A stretch of DNA of 64,000 nt from Octopus sinensis (lineage: Eukaryota), in contig NC_043009.1 of assembly GCF_006345805.1 (NCBI RefSeq), positions 21,514,001 through 21,578,000 of the forward strand. Direction: 5' to 3'. The position numbers were made by a program, and so were the translations under genes. The notes below the pieces were generated by a model, which had not been told where the DNA came from, did no database searches, and worked only from the letters and a program-made list of their open reading frames with translations. Positions within the stretch are counted from its first letter, which is position 1, and each line of letters begins with the position of its first letter. Below are positions 1 to 11,605 of this stretch, piece after piece.

Positions 1-256
1 GATCTCTTTCTCAATTTGTTTCCAGTTTGCCTTATGGTAGTTCAAGCTGGAAAGATTCTGAGGGTTTCTTGTAGGCTGCATGTCCGTGCTCTCTTTTGGC
101 CCGTACATGGTCAGCTCTACCATGTTGTGATCCGAGAGTAGTGTCGGTGTCACTTTCACATTATGGATGAGATCCATATTATTTGTGAAGCAGAGATCCA
201 GTGTGTTACCTGCCCTGGTTGGTTGGAGTATTACTTGCTCCATGAACAATTTCATT
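1..256 (-). pseudogene. CR1-group LINE ORF2 fragment, C-terminal part of APE endonuclease domain (runs off window edge)
   Basis: Manual minus-strand translation MKLFMEQVILQPTRAGNTLDLCFTNNMDLIHNVKVTPTLLSDHNMVELT...NYHKANWKQIEKE; PTR..NTLDL and SDH motifs are typical of the LINE AP-endonuclease end. Confidence 0.85.
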
Positions 257-634
257 TAGAATGGTTGATCCTCTCAATTTCGATATCATATGACAAAGGC
301 AAGAAATTCTGTCTTCTATGCAATTCTGAGCTATTTTTCATTATTTTTTCTAAAAATACTCTAGTAAACACGGTTATAGAACGAGCATACAGATGTAAGC
401 ATTGGCAGAAACATACTTTTAGTGCATATAAGTAGTCTCTATCATTATATATAGTTTAGACTTTAATCTCCTTTATATTTAACATTCACTATTAATATCC
501 CTACTCTTTCTGTTAGCTACTTATGACGTTATATCATATAACGTTTTTTTAAACAATATTAATAGCGTTCTGTCTATCGCTATACGAATCCATCATTTTT
601 TGCTAAAATGTCGTATTGACAGTTTCGTTTTTTC

Positions 635-720
635 ACTTTCCCGAAGAGAAGATTGCATTGTTTATACCTTTTATTCTTTGAATAAGTATCAGTGGAATTT
701 TTGAAACATATGTAGAAAGT
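635..720 (+). ncRNA. Type I hammerhead ribozyme-like fold, U4C core variant, long stem II
   Basis: Stem I ACTTTC(635-640)/GAAAGT(715-720); core CCGAAGA; 55-nt paired stem II 648-702; GAAA; palindromic stem III ACATATGT; GUA cleavage triplet ending at 714. Confidence 0.7.
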
Positions 721-907
721 AAAAATACTTGTTTAAACCTGCGTTAACTCCATTTTTTATTCATATTATTCAAATATTCAACGTAAACAAGAAGTTTCAA
801 CCTTTATAAACAAGGAGTTACAACATCTTTACTTGTGAGATTTTTGCTGCCCTGGTAACTATTCATTCATTTATCCGTGTTAAATGTTAACAAGGTAAAA
901 TACACTC

Positions 908-1199
908 ATCTATTTATATACATATATATATATAATGTATATATATACATATATATATAATGTATATATATACATACATATATATAATGTATAAATAAAT
1001 ATACATATATATAATGTATATATGTATATATATACATATATATAAAATGTATATATATATATATACATATATAATGTATATATATATATACATATATATA
1101 TAATGTATATATATATACATATATATAATGTATATATATATATATCTACATATATATATATAATGTATATATTATATATATACATATATATATAATGTA

Positions 1200-1269
<70 letters not shown>
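908..1269. repeat. Compound (TA)n microsatellite with TACA/TAATG interruptions, ending in pure (TA)n
   Basis: Direct reading; produces the YI-repeat pseudo-ORFs. Confidence 0.95.
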
Positions 1270-1271
<2 letters not shown>

Positions 1272-1606
1272 TGAAGGCGCATGGCTCAGTGGTTAGAGCG
1301 TCGAGCTTACGATCGTGAGGTTGTGAGCTGGAATCCCGGACCGGGCTGCGTGTTGTGTTCTGAGCAAGGCACTTTATTTCACGTTGCTCCAGTTCACTCA
1401 GCTGTAGAAATGAGTTGCGACGTCACTGGTGCCAAGCTGTATCGACCTTTGTCTTTCCCTTGGATAACACTGGTGGTGTGGAGAGGGAGGCTGGTATGCA
1501 TGGGCGACTGCTGGTCTTCCATAAACAACCTTGCCCGGACTTGTGTCTAGGAGGGTAACTTTCTAGGTGCAATCCCATGGTCATTCATGACCGAAGGGAG
1601 TCTTTT
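1270..1606 (+). mobile_element. tRNA-derived SINE with CORE-like central domain
   Basis: Box A TGGCTCAGTGG and a tRNA-like head, followed by GTGTTGTGTTCTGAGCAAGGCACTT...CACTCAGCTG shared with copies at 19149 and 29275. Confidence 0.85.
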
Positions 1607-1825
1607 ACATATATATAAATCGTATATATATATATATACATATATATATAATGTATATATTTATATATACATATATATATAATGTATATATATACATATA
1701 TATATAATGTATATATATATATATACATATATATATAATGTATATAATACATATATATAATGTATATATATATATATATATATACATATATATATAATGT
1801 ATATATATATATACATATATAATAT
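1607..1825. repeat. Compound (TA)n microsatellite
   Basis: Direct reading. Confidence 0.95.
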
Positions 1826-1922
1826 TAATTAGAGACAAAACCACTATTTTGCAAATCAAACAAAGAAAGACTTAATCCAATACATAAAAAAATTTAATAT
1901 AAATTAAATAAAATTAAATTCG

Positions 1923-1968
1923 CCACTACAATTGTTTCGTGTCTCTTCTAAGGACATTCATCAGGTGG
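1923..1968 (-). ncRNA. Minimal type I hammerhead ribozyme fold (Penelope-LTR type)
   Basis: Minus strand CCAC CTGATGA ATGTC CTTAGAAGA GACAC GAA ACAATTGT A GTGG: 4-bp stem I, canonical core, stem II with an A-C mismatch at its base, palindromic stem III, GUA triplet. Confidence 0.75.
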
Positions 1969-3239
1969 ATTTCAGATCTAAAATAATCAATATTTTTAAG
2001 ATATAAATTTAAAATGACTAAAGCTATAAATAATATAAATTTATCAATGAAAATATATATATATATAATCTATATATAATCTATATATAATCAAGAACTA
2101 AAATAACCTCTATAAACAATTGAATATAAAGAAACCTAGTATTTAAGTTCTCATATTTAAAGATGAAGAATCTAATTTGAAAAAACAAAAAATAAAATTA
2201 AAATATATATACATACATGCTCATACACATATATCTAAGTATATATAAACATATCTAAATACATACACTAACTCACACACCCATATATATATATCTATAC
2301 ATACACATAAACATCTAGGCAACGATAAATTAATAAAGTAGTCGTACATACAACCCTCATTCATAAACACACTCACTCTGCATGACAACCACATATACTT
2401 CAGCAGCCACATATACTCAACCACAACAACATAAACATTTCATTCTTAGCAAGAAACTACCAAATACCATATACCACATATATACAACAACCATACATAA
2501 ATACTTAAAACAAACACACACCCACACATATTCCAAATACCACATGCATGCAACAAACATACACAAATACGCAAACAAACACACACACACACACACATTC
2601 ACACATACATAAACACTCAAAAGAAAACAACATTTCTACACATAAACAATGCACACCCACACACACTCACACACAATCACTCACATACAACAGCACTCCT
2701 ACCGCCACTCCAACACAGAGGAGTAACAAATTCAGCAGATACATACACTCAGCCACATACATACAGTAACATTCCTACTCAGCAATATACTATTAAAAAC
2801 CCCAACACCACTCTAAAACAAATTTATGAATGTGAATAATAACTTATATAGAATTATTCTATTATTAAACATAACCTAAACGAACCTATCTATTTATCAA
2901 AGTATGTCTAAGTTATTTAATAATTAATAACAAAGAAAAGTACGATAAATAGAACACTACATAAACAACAAGATTAACATAAGGAGAATATATTATTATT
3001 CAAAAGCTTATACATATTAAAATTACAATTAGGAGAACTTAAAAAAATACATACCTTCTATTCAATTTTAAGTTATGAAGTGAATTTAAAAGTCTAACTG
3101 TTACAGCGTTTACAAATTACGTTACCATAGAAATAGAATATATTTTTAATAAATTCTTTGCGCGTGATGAACGAACGTTATTTTAAAGATTATGAATGGA
3201 ATAGAATGGAATAATATGTTAATCAACGTAAATAGACTA

Positions 3240-3504
3240 AATTTACTACAAAATTCTTTAATAAAACAATCATGATAAACGAAACCCATACATACAAATA
3301 TAATGATAAAACCTCCCTTTACCATACACAATAACAAACCTATATAGCAATCCCCCTAATCTATACATTCACACACAAATACACTCACAAACATATACAT
3401 ATACCCACTCACACATACATATACATACGTACAATACTCGATATATACACCGATATATTCACACCCACACCCATACAGATAAATAAATAAATATATATAC
3501 ATCC

Positions 3505-3573
<69 letters not shown>

Positions 3574-4183
3574 TCACACATATCATCAAATACACATATA
3601 TATAAAATACACACATTCACAAAAAAATAAATAAATAAATATTTATTATATGTATATATGGGTGTGTACACGCAAACGGGTGCAATCTCACGCACATTCA
3701 AACATGCATGTATACAAGTGCATACACAAGCACACGCATTTACATAGCACTCATGCACTCCCGCATCTACACATGCACTTGTACAAGCGCACACATGCAC
3801 ACACACCCATGCACATGCATATTCACGGACACCCTCCTAAGCATCTAAATATACGTATATATGGCTACAACCAATACCCAAATAAAAATAAAACTACCAT
3901 GATCAACATACCAAGTATAATACATGGGGACTGAATTTACAACAAAATTCTTTAATAAAACAATCATGATAAACGAAACCCATACACACAAAAATAATGA
4001 TAAAACCCCCCATTTTACCAAATACACAATACGCACAAATACACGCACATATTTACACACACCCACAAACATATACATATACACACTCACACATACATAT
4101 ACATACGTACAATACTCGATATATACACCAATATATTCACACCCACACCCATACAGATCAATAAATAAATACATATACATCCA

Positions 4184-4244
<61 letters not shown>

Positions 4245-4279
4245 TCACACATATCATCACATACACATATATATAAAAA
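3240..4279. repeat. Imperfect direct duplication (3240-3608 and 3934-4279, offset ~694) each containing a (TA)n tract
   Basis: AAATTCTTTAATAAAACAATCATGATAAACGAAACCCATAC... and TACAATACTCGATATATACACC occur in both copies. Confidence 0.85.
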
Positions 4280-4404
4280 AATGTATATATAATGTATATA
4301 TATATATATGGTGTATATATATGATATATATATACATATATATATAATGTATATATATATATACATATATATATATACATATATATATAATGTATATATA
4401 TATA

Positions 4405-4914
4405 TGATTTTTGATTTGATTTTGATTTTTCCAGCTTCAGCTAATGAGCTGTGGCCATGCTGGGGCACCGCCATTTGATTTGCTACACGATTTTACCTCA
4501 CGGATGCTTTTTAGCAAACGCCAACTGATGCATGAGAGAGTTCGATGCAGCTGCTCTCATCTGCACCTCCTGCCGTGAAGTTGGTTCATCCGGGACACCT
4601 GACAGGAAGAGGTCCAGCCCTACTTTAAAGACGTCTGCATCTACAACATGCAGGTCCCTCATGTTCTTTGGGAGGATATTGAAGAGCTGTGGGCCTCTGA
4701 AGCCCAGGCTATCACAATATCTTGTCCTACATCTTGATGGCAAATTTGGAGTCCTTGGTACTATGCAGTGGCGTCCGGTTCTGGCATTTGTGTGACTCTC
4801 GATGCCAAAGTCTGGGACAAGTCCTTCCAGGATCTTCCAGATATATATTATGGCATATCTTTCTCGCCTACGCTCCAGGGAATAGAGCTTTAATCTCTTG
4901 AGTCTTTCCGAATA
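4405..4914 (-). mobile_element. CR1-group LINE 3' end (ORF2 C-terminus and 3' tail), cut at a TA tract
   Basis: ORF 4498-4977 contains LKLYSLERRRERYAIIYIWKIL...RGPQLFNILP; near-identical family to 7054-7686. Confidence 0.9.
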
Positions 4915-5002
4915 CATATATATATAATGGATATATATATATACATATATATATAATGGATATATATATATATACATATATATATAATGTATATATATAT
5001 AT

Positions 5003-5058
<56 letters not shown>

Positions 5059-5090
5059 ATATATATATTTATTTATTTATTTGTTTATAT

Positions 5091-5993
5091 AGAGGGCATT
5101 ATTATACATACATGCCACACGCTAAGAGGGACAAAATTAGTCATTTCTACCAAAAATTTTCTTAAACCCACCGAATGCAATTTTTCAAAGTAAGACATTT
5201 AAAAATATGGACTTGTATCACCTGTGATTTCATACCTCTGTATTCATAAATAAACGACCCTACCTCGTCTAAGCCGAGCAGCTAACTGATCAACATCAAC
5301 GAAGCACATGGGTGAGTTTACATATATTACATCCGGTAAATGGCAGACTTTTACGAATTGCATTTCGGGAAAGGAAAAGTTTATTCGGAATAAAAATTTA
5401 GCAATTAAGGACAACGTCTTAATAAGGAAAACTTAACAAGAAATTATCGGGTAGATAGCGTGAAAGACCTCATAAGAGAAAAAATTTCGAAAATAATTCT
5501 TTCTTATTGAACATATTAATTTATATATAGAGGGCATTATTATACATACATGCCACACGCTAAGAGGGACAAAATTAGTCATTTCTACCAAAAATTTTAC
5601 TAATCCCACCCATGTGCTTTACTAAACTCACCCATGTGCTTCGTTGATGTTGATCAGTTAGCTGCTCGGCTTAGACGAGGTAGGGTCGTTTATTTATGAT
5701 ACGTCCAGGCGTGCTGATGAATACAGAGGTATCAAATCACAGGTGATACAAGTCCATATTTTTAAATATCTTACTTTGAAAAATTGCATTCGGTGGGATT
5801 AGTAAAATTTTTGGTAGAAATGACTAATTTTGTCCCTCTTAGCATGTATGTATAATAATGCCCTCTATATATAAATTAATATGTTCAATAAGAAAGAATT
5901 ATTTCGAAATTTTTTCTCTTATGAGGTCTTTCACGCTATCTACCCGATAATTTCTTGTTAAGTTTTCCTTATTAAGAAGTTGTCCTTAATTGC

Positions 5994-5997
<4 letters not shown>
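5091..5997. repeat. Partial tandem (period ~438) plus inverted repeat, PLE pseudo-LTR-like
   Basis: AGAGGGCATTATTATACATACATG at 5091 and 5529; 5620-5997 is an inverted copy of the unit. Confidence 0.8.
5708..5754 (+). ncRNA. Degenerate type I hammerhead (G12 mutated to C); sibling at 5212-5246 (-) has intact GAAA but lacks the 5' core
   Basis: GGCGTG CTGATGA ATAC AGAG GTAT CAAA TCAC AG GTGA TA CAAGTC; the inverted sibling reads ...TGA ATAC AGAG GTAT GAAA TCAC AG GTGA TA CAAG. Confidence 0.6.
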
Positions 5998-6049
<52 letters not shown>

Positions 6050-6261
6050 AAATAGAAAGATGAATAATCTTGTAGTAGATTAATCAAAAGTTTAACCGAT
6101 ACCTTAGTAGCAAAAATCACAGCAGTAAACAGCACGGTTGGAGGTACAACCATCTGGCGTTGCAACCGTGCGTTGGTGCGGATAATTGAAATTAAAACAT
6201 TATTGGTGAATTGAAGAAATGGAGCTGAACGCAGATTGAACAGAATCGTTTTATTTCTTTC

Positions 6262-6348
6262 TTTCTTCTACACGTGTTTCGAAAGGCACAAATTACCAAA
6301 ATCCGATGAATAATGGGACCATATTGTGTCTTTCTCTTCAGGAAGAAA
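6262..6348 (-). ncRNA. Type I hammerhead ribozyme, canonical core, long stem II
   Basis: TTTCTTC CTGAAGA GAAAG-A-CACAA...TTGTG-C-CTTTC GAA ACACGTGT A GAAGAAA: 7-bp stem I, palindromic stem III, GUA triplet. Confidence 0.85.
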
Positions 6349-6524
6349 AAAGGAAATCCGTTGAGAAAAACAAAAACAGAACAGAGGCGGAGCAAAAACA
6401 AATCGAATTATGCTCCTAAGAGCCCATGGCGAAACAGTTTTCGCCATGGGCTCTTAGGAGCATAATTCGATTTGTTTTTGCTCCGCCTCTGTTCTGTTTT
6501 TGTTTTTCCAACGGATTTCCTTTT

Positions 6525-6613
6525 TTTCTTCCTGAAGAGAAAGACACAATATGGTCCCATTATTCAATCGGATTTTGGTAATTTGTGCCTTTCGAAACAC
6601 GTGTAGAATGAAA
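6525..6613 (+). ncRNA. Second, inverted copy of the same hammerhead (stem I weakened by an insertion)
   Basis: TTC CTGAAGA GAAAG...CTTTC GAAACACGTGTA GAATGAAA; predicted cleavage after 6605. Confidence 0.75.
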
Positions 6614-6661
6614 TAAAACGATTTCTGTTCAATCTGCGTTCAGCTCCATTTCTTCAATTCA

Positions 6662-6727
6662 TATATATATATATATATATAATGTATATATATATATATA
6701 CATATATATATAATGTATATAATATAA

Positions 6728-6759
<32 letters not shown>

Positions 6760-6858
6760 ATGTATATATATATATACATATATAATATATATATATATAC
6801 ATATATATATAATGTATATATATATATACATATATATATAATGTATATATATATATAA

Positions 6859-6903
<45 letters not shown>

Positions 6904-6910
6904 TATGTAT

Positions 6911-6941
<31 letters not shown>

Positions 6942-6958
6942 ATGTATGTATATATATA
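6662..6958. repeat. Compound (TA)n microsatellite
   Basis: Direct reading. Confidence 0.95.
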
Positions 6959-8410
6959 TGATTTTGATTTTGATTTTTGATTTTTCCAGTTTCAGCTAAT
7001 GAGCTGTGGCCATGCTGGGGCACCGCCATTTGGTGTTGCTACTTGGTTTCACTTCATGAAGGCTTTCTAGCAACTGCTATTTGGTGCATGAGAGAGTTCG
7101 ATGCAGCTGCCCTCATCTGCCCCTCCTGCTGTGAAGTTGGTTCATCTGGGACACCTGACAGGAAGAGATCCAGCTTCATTTTAAAGACATCTGTATCCAC
7201 CCCATGCAGGTCTCTCAGGTTCTTCGGGAGGATATTGAAGAGCTGTGGGCCTCGGAAGCCCAGGCTATCACAGAATCTTGTCCTACATCTTGATGGCAAG
7301 TTTGGAGTCCTAGGCACCACGCAGTGGCGCCCAGTTCTGGCATTTGCGTAACTCTCGATGCCAAAGTCCAGGACACTTCCCTCCAGGATCTTCCAGATGT
7401 ATATTATGGCATATCTTTCCCGCCTACGCTCCAGGGAATATAATTTTAATTTCCTGAGTCTTTCCCAGTAGCTTACATTCTGCATAGAGGCTATCTTCTT
7501 TGTGTAGCTACGTTGGATCGCTTCGAGCTCTGTGATCAACTTGACACTGGATGGTGACCATAACTGAGAGCAGTAGTCAAAGTGGCTTAGGACAAGTGTC
7601 CTCCAGAGGACCATCATGGTTTCTTGTTCTCTTGTTCTAAAGGTTCTGAGGATCCATCCGGCCAGTCGTCTACATTTCATTGCCAATTTAGCACATGTAC
7701 ACGAAAGGTCGCGTCATCACTCATGTAAATACCTAGGTCACGCACTGATTGTGCCTCTGGGATTGCTATTCCCCGGGTCCAGTGTATTCAATGGGTATTG
7801 CATTTAGTTTTGCATGCTGATAGTATAGAGCTTGAAACTTTTCAGCATTGAACTGCATGCTATTCTTTTCGGCCCACTTATATATTTTGTCTAGCTCACA
7901 TTGCAGGTGTTTAGTGTCCTCAGGGTTCTGTATTGCCTGTGAAACTTTTGTATCATCTGCATAACTTGTGATCGTGGCTCTCTGCGTGGCTGAGGGCATG
8001 TCTGAGAGGGCCATTATGAACAGTAGTCGTCCCAGAACAGTGCCCTGCGGAACACCGCTCACTATTTGCGTGTTAATGGAAGTTGCCCCATTGGCCACTA
8101 CCACCTGACTTCTATCTTTCAGAAAGTCATGAAGCCATTCTCCCAGTTTTCCAACTATGTTGAGATCACGCAGTTTGTGATCGACTTTATCAAAGGCCTT
8201 TGCAAAGTCGAGATATATCACTTCCACATTTGAGTGGTTGAGCAGCCGTTTCAGCACCCAGTCATAGTGTTGTAGGAGCTGAGTTAAACAGCTTCTCCCT
8301 GGTCGGAAACCATGTTGGGTGTCGGGCAGCAAGTCATTTTCTTCAAGGAAGGTGATCAGCTTCCTTCTGACTATTCGTTCCATGACCTTGCTGATGTGTG
8401 AGGTCAGAGA
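6959..8410 (-). pseudogene. CR1-group LINE ORF2 (reverse transcriptase and C-terminus) with frameshifts, plus 3' tail
   Basis: ORF 7766-8383: QHGFRPGRSCLTQL, YLDFAKAFDKV, SGVPQGTVLG, YADD; ORF 7054-7686 continues in a shifted frame; 5' side cut at the TA tract at 8410. Confidence 0.95.
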
Positions 8411-8537
8411 GATATATACATATATATATAATGTGTGTATATATATATATATACATATATATATAATGTATGTATATATATATATAATGTATATATATAT
8501 ATATATATATATACATATATATATAATGTATATATAT

Positions 8538-8775
8538 GTGGAGGCGCAATGGCCCAGTGGTTAGGGCAGCGGACTTGCAGTCGGAGGATCACGGTTTCGA
8601 TTCCCAAACCGGGCGTTGTGTGTGTTTATTGAGCGAAAACACCTAAAAGCTCCACGAGGCTCCGGCAGGGGATGGTGGTGATCCCTGCTGTACTATTTCA
8701 CCACTCTAAAGGCGGTGCTCCAGCATGGCCGCAGTCAAATGACTGAAACAAGTACAAAAGAAAAGAAAGAAAAGA
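8538..8775 (+). mobile_element. tRNA-derived SINE head/body joined to a CR1-type SINE tail
   Basis: TGGCCCAGTGG box A and GGTTTCGATTCCC box B; tail GGCGGTGCTCCAGCATGGCCGCAGTCAAATGACTGAAAC. Confidence 0.8.
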
Positions 8776-9346
8776 AATATATATATATACATATATATAT
8801 AATGTGTATATATATATATACATATATATATAATGTGTATATATATATATACATATATATAATGTATGTATATATATATATACATATATATAATGTATGT
8901 ATATATATACATATATATATAATGTATGTATATATATACATATATATATAATGTATATATATATACATACATATATATAATGTATATATATATATATATA
9001 TAATGTATATATATATATACATACATATATATAATGTATATATATATATAATGTATATATATATACATATATATATAATGTATATATATACATACATATA
9101 TATAATGTATATATATATATACATATATATATAATGTATATATATATACATATATACATATACATATATATATAATGTATATATATATATATATAATGTA
9201 TATATATATATATATACATAGATATATAATGTATATATATATATACTTATACATATATATATAATGTATATATATATATATGTGTATATACATATACATA
9301 TATATATAATTATATATATATATATTATATATATACATATATATAA

Positions 9347-9380
<34 letters not shown>

Positions 9381-9613
9381 ATGTATATATATATATATAT
9401 ACATATATATAATGTATATATATATATATACATATATATATAATGTATATATATATATACATATATATATAAGGTATATATATATATACATATATATATA
9501 ATGTATATATATATATATATACATGTATATATATATATACATATATATATAATGTATATATATATATATATACATGTGTGTATATATATATATACACATA
9601 TATATATAATGTA

Positions 9614-9645
<32 letters not shown>

Positions 9646-9648
9646 ATG

Positions 9649-9704
<56 letters not shown>

Positions 9705-9727
9705 ATATAATATATATATATATATAT
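8776..9727. repeat. ~950-bp compound (TA)n microsatellite
   Basis: Direct reading; unit approximately TACATATATATATAATGTATATATA. Confidence 0.95.
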
Positions 9728-9732
9728 CTTAA

Positions 9733-10513
9733 AACTTAAAATTGTATGATAGATTGCCGTCAATTCATTCTCTCTTACCTGTTTGTGTCTGCCTTCCAGT
9801 TGCTGTTTTTACTGAGATCTCCCTTTTTAGTGGAAGAAATAGCTATAACTCTTTGACTGCTATTTCTAAATTCGGTATGTGGTAAGGCAATTCGTTGCTA
9901 AACCCTTTATTGCTTAGTATTACTTAAATTTTCCTCGAATGAGGCTTTTACATGCCGAAGACTACTTGGTGTAATTGATAATTGTTCCAAATTGATTAAT
10001 TTCACCCTTCATTATTGCGGATAACCATATTTTATCTCAGTAGATGACCACAGCATCTTGTTTTGGCTACACGCGGGTGGGAGGGGGCTGGTGACACAAT
10101 CTTTCCATTCACACATTGAATTTGTTGATACTAGTTGCGGATTCTAGCTCGCTCTGATACTGAGTTGAGTTGGTGCCTTCTAGTATCTCAAAATTCAATA
10201 TATAATCATTTATGATTATAGTATTCTACGCTGAAGAGAAAAGAAGTTTTGGTGAGATAGAATTATTTAATATTTAATTCTTATGCTTTCCTAAAAACTT
10301 GATTTCGAAACGTACGTCCGTAGATAACTTAAAATTGTATGATAGATTGCCGTCAATTCATTCTCTCTTACCTGTTTGTGTCTGCCTTCCAGTTGCTGTT
10401 TTTACTGAGATCTCCCTTTTTAGTGGAAGAAATAGCTATAACTCTTTGACTGCTATTTCTAAATTCGGTATGTGGTAAGGCAATTCGTTGCTAAACCCTT
10501 TATTGCTTAGTAT
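9733..10513 (+). mobile_element. 593-bp unit with 188-bp terminal direct repeat and one hammerhead (retrozyme or PLE pseudo-LTR-like)
   Basis: 9733-9920 is repeated at 10326-10513; hammerhead lies immediately before the second copy; both ends abut TA tracts. Confidence 0.7.
10225..10324 (+). ncRNA. Type I hammerhead ribozyme, canonical core, 69-nt stem II
   Basis: TCTACG CTGAAGA G-AAA-AG-AAGTTTT...AAAACTT-GA-TTT-C GAA ACGTACGT C CGTAGA: 6-bp stem I, palindromic stem III, GUC triplet ending at 10318. Confidence 0.9.
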
Positions 10514-10784
10514 ATACATATATATATATATAATGTATGTATATATGTATATATAATGTATATTTATATATATAATGTTTATATATATATATATAAATAA
10601 TGTTTATGTGTATATGTACAGATATAGATATAGCTATATATATACGTTAATATACACATATATACATATATATATATACATTCATATATATATATATACA
10701 TTTGGTGTCCTGTACCCATATATTCATGTAGAGGTAGGTACGTATATGTATGTATATATGCATATGTTTTATTTATTAATTCAT

Positions 10785-10842
<58 letters not shown>

Positions 10843-10850
<8 letters not shown>

Positions 10851-11419
10851 TTATAATTCTGAAATGCGAAAAGTTTGTTTGTTTGTCTGGTTTTGTCATT
10901 GAGAACGGGTTAAAGGCCATTAGATCCCGTCGGATTGACTCAAAAATTTACAGGGACCTGTAAACTGAGGTGAGGATGCGAATGGGCTAGGTTAGAAATC
11001 CTTATTTTAAAAGGTGTCGTTGCTAGGGCCAAAAACGCACTTTGAGAAGTCTACTCACATTCTTTTATGTATTTGTCTTCCTCCATCACTCACTCTCTTT
11101 CCTCCCTTCCCATCACGTTCTATCTATAACATCGTTTCATAGCGTCTACCACCCTTACCTTCACTTTCTCTTTATAACGTCGTTTCACAGCGTCCTATAT
11201 CTCCCCCCTCCCTGCCTTCGACAGCGCTTTCACACTCTCTCTCTCTCTCTACGTCTGTCTGCATTCATAGAGAGAATTATCATCGCCAACACAACCACAC
11301 GATCATGAGAACAAATATTATGAATCAGATATTTATTGGGTTAATTTATATATGTGTGTGTGTTCTATATATAAATATGTATATATAATGTATATATACA
11401 AAGTGTATATATCTGTATT

Positions 11420-11485
<66 letters not shown>

Positions 11486-11524
11486 ACACTCTTACCCGCG
11501 CGTAGAGCGGATCACCTTAAGCTA

Positions 11525-11525
<1 letters not shown>
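10843..11525 (+). mobile_element. Non-autonomous Helitron (family R, copy 1)
   Basis: Starts (TC)TATA..TTATAATTCTGAAATGCG with a (GTTT)n tract; ends with a CCGC..GCGG hairpin then CTTAAGCTAG|T; homologues at 51288 and 53720. Confidence 0.75.
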
Positions 11526-11559
<34 letters not shown>

Positions 11560-11605
11560 AAACAAGGTGGAAAAAAGAGTACTCAAATACCAGTGGTAGA
11601 GTAGG

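Larger units (their letters stand above)
6207..6661. repeat. Near-perfect fold-back palindrome (arms ~225 bp, 4-nt spacer CAGT at 6435-6438)
   Basis: TGAATTGAAGAAATGGAGCTG...CATGGCGAAA cagt TTTCGCCATG...CAGCTCCATTTCTTCAATTCA. Confidence 0.95.

Noticed and set aside
910-9763. Many long ORFs of Y/I/C/M repeats (up to 342 aa)
   Set aside because: They are translations of TA-based microsatellites; no stops arise because of base composition.
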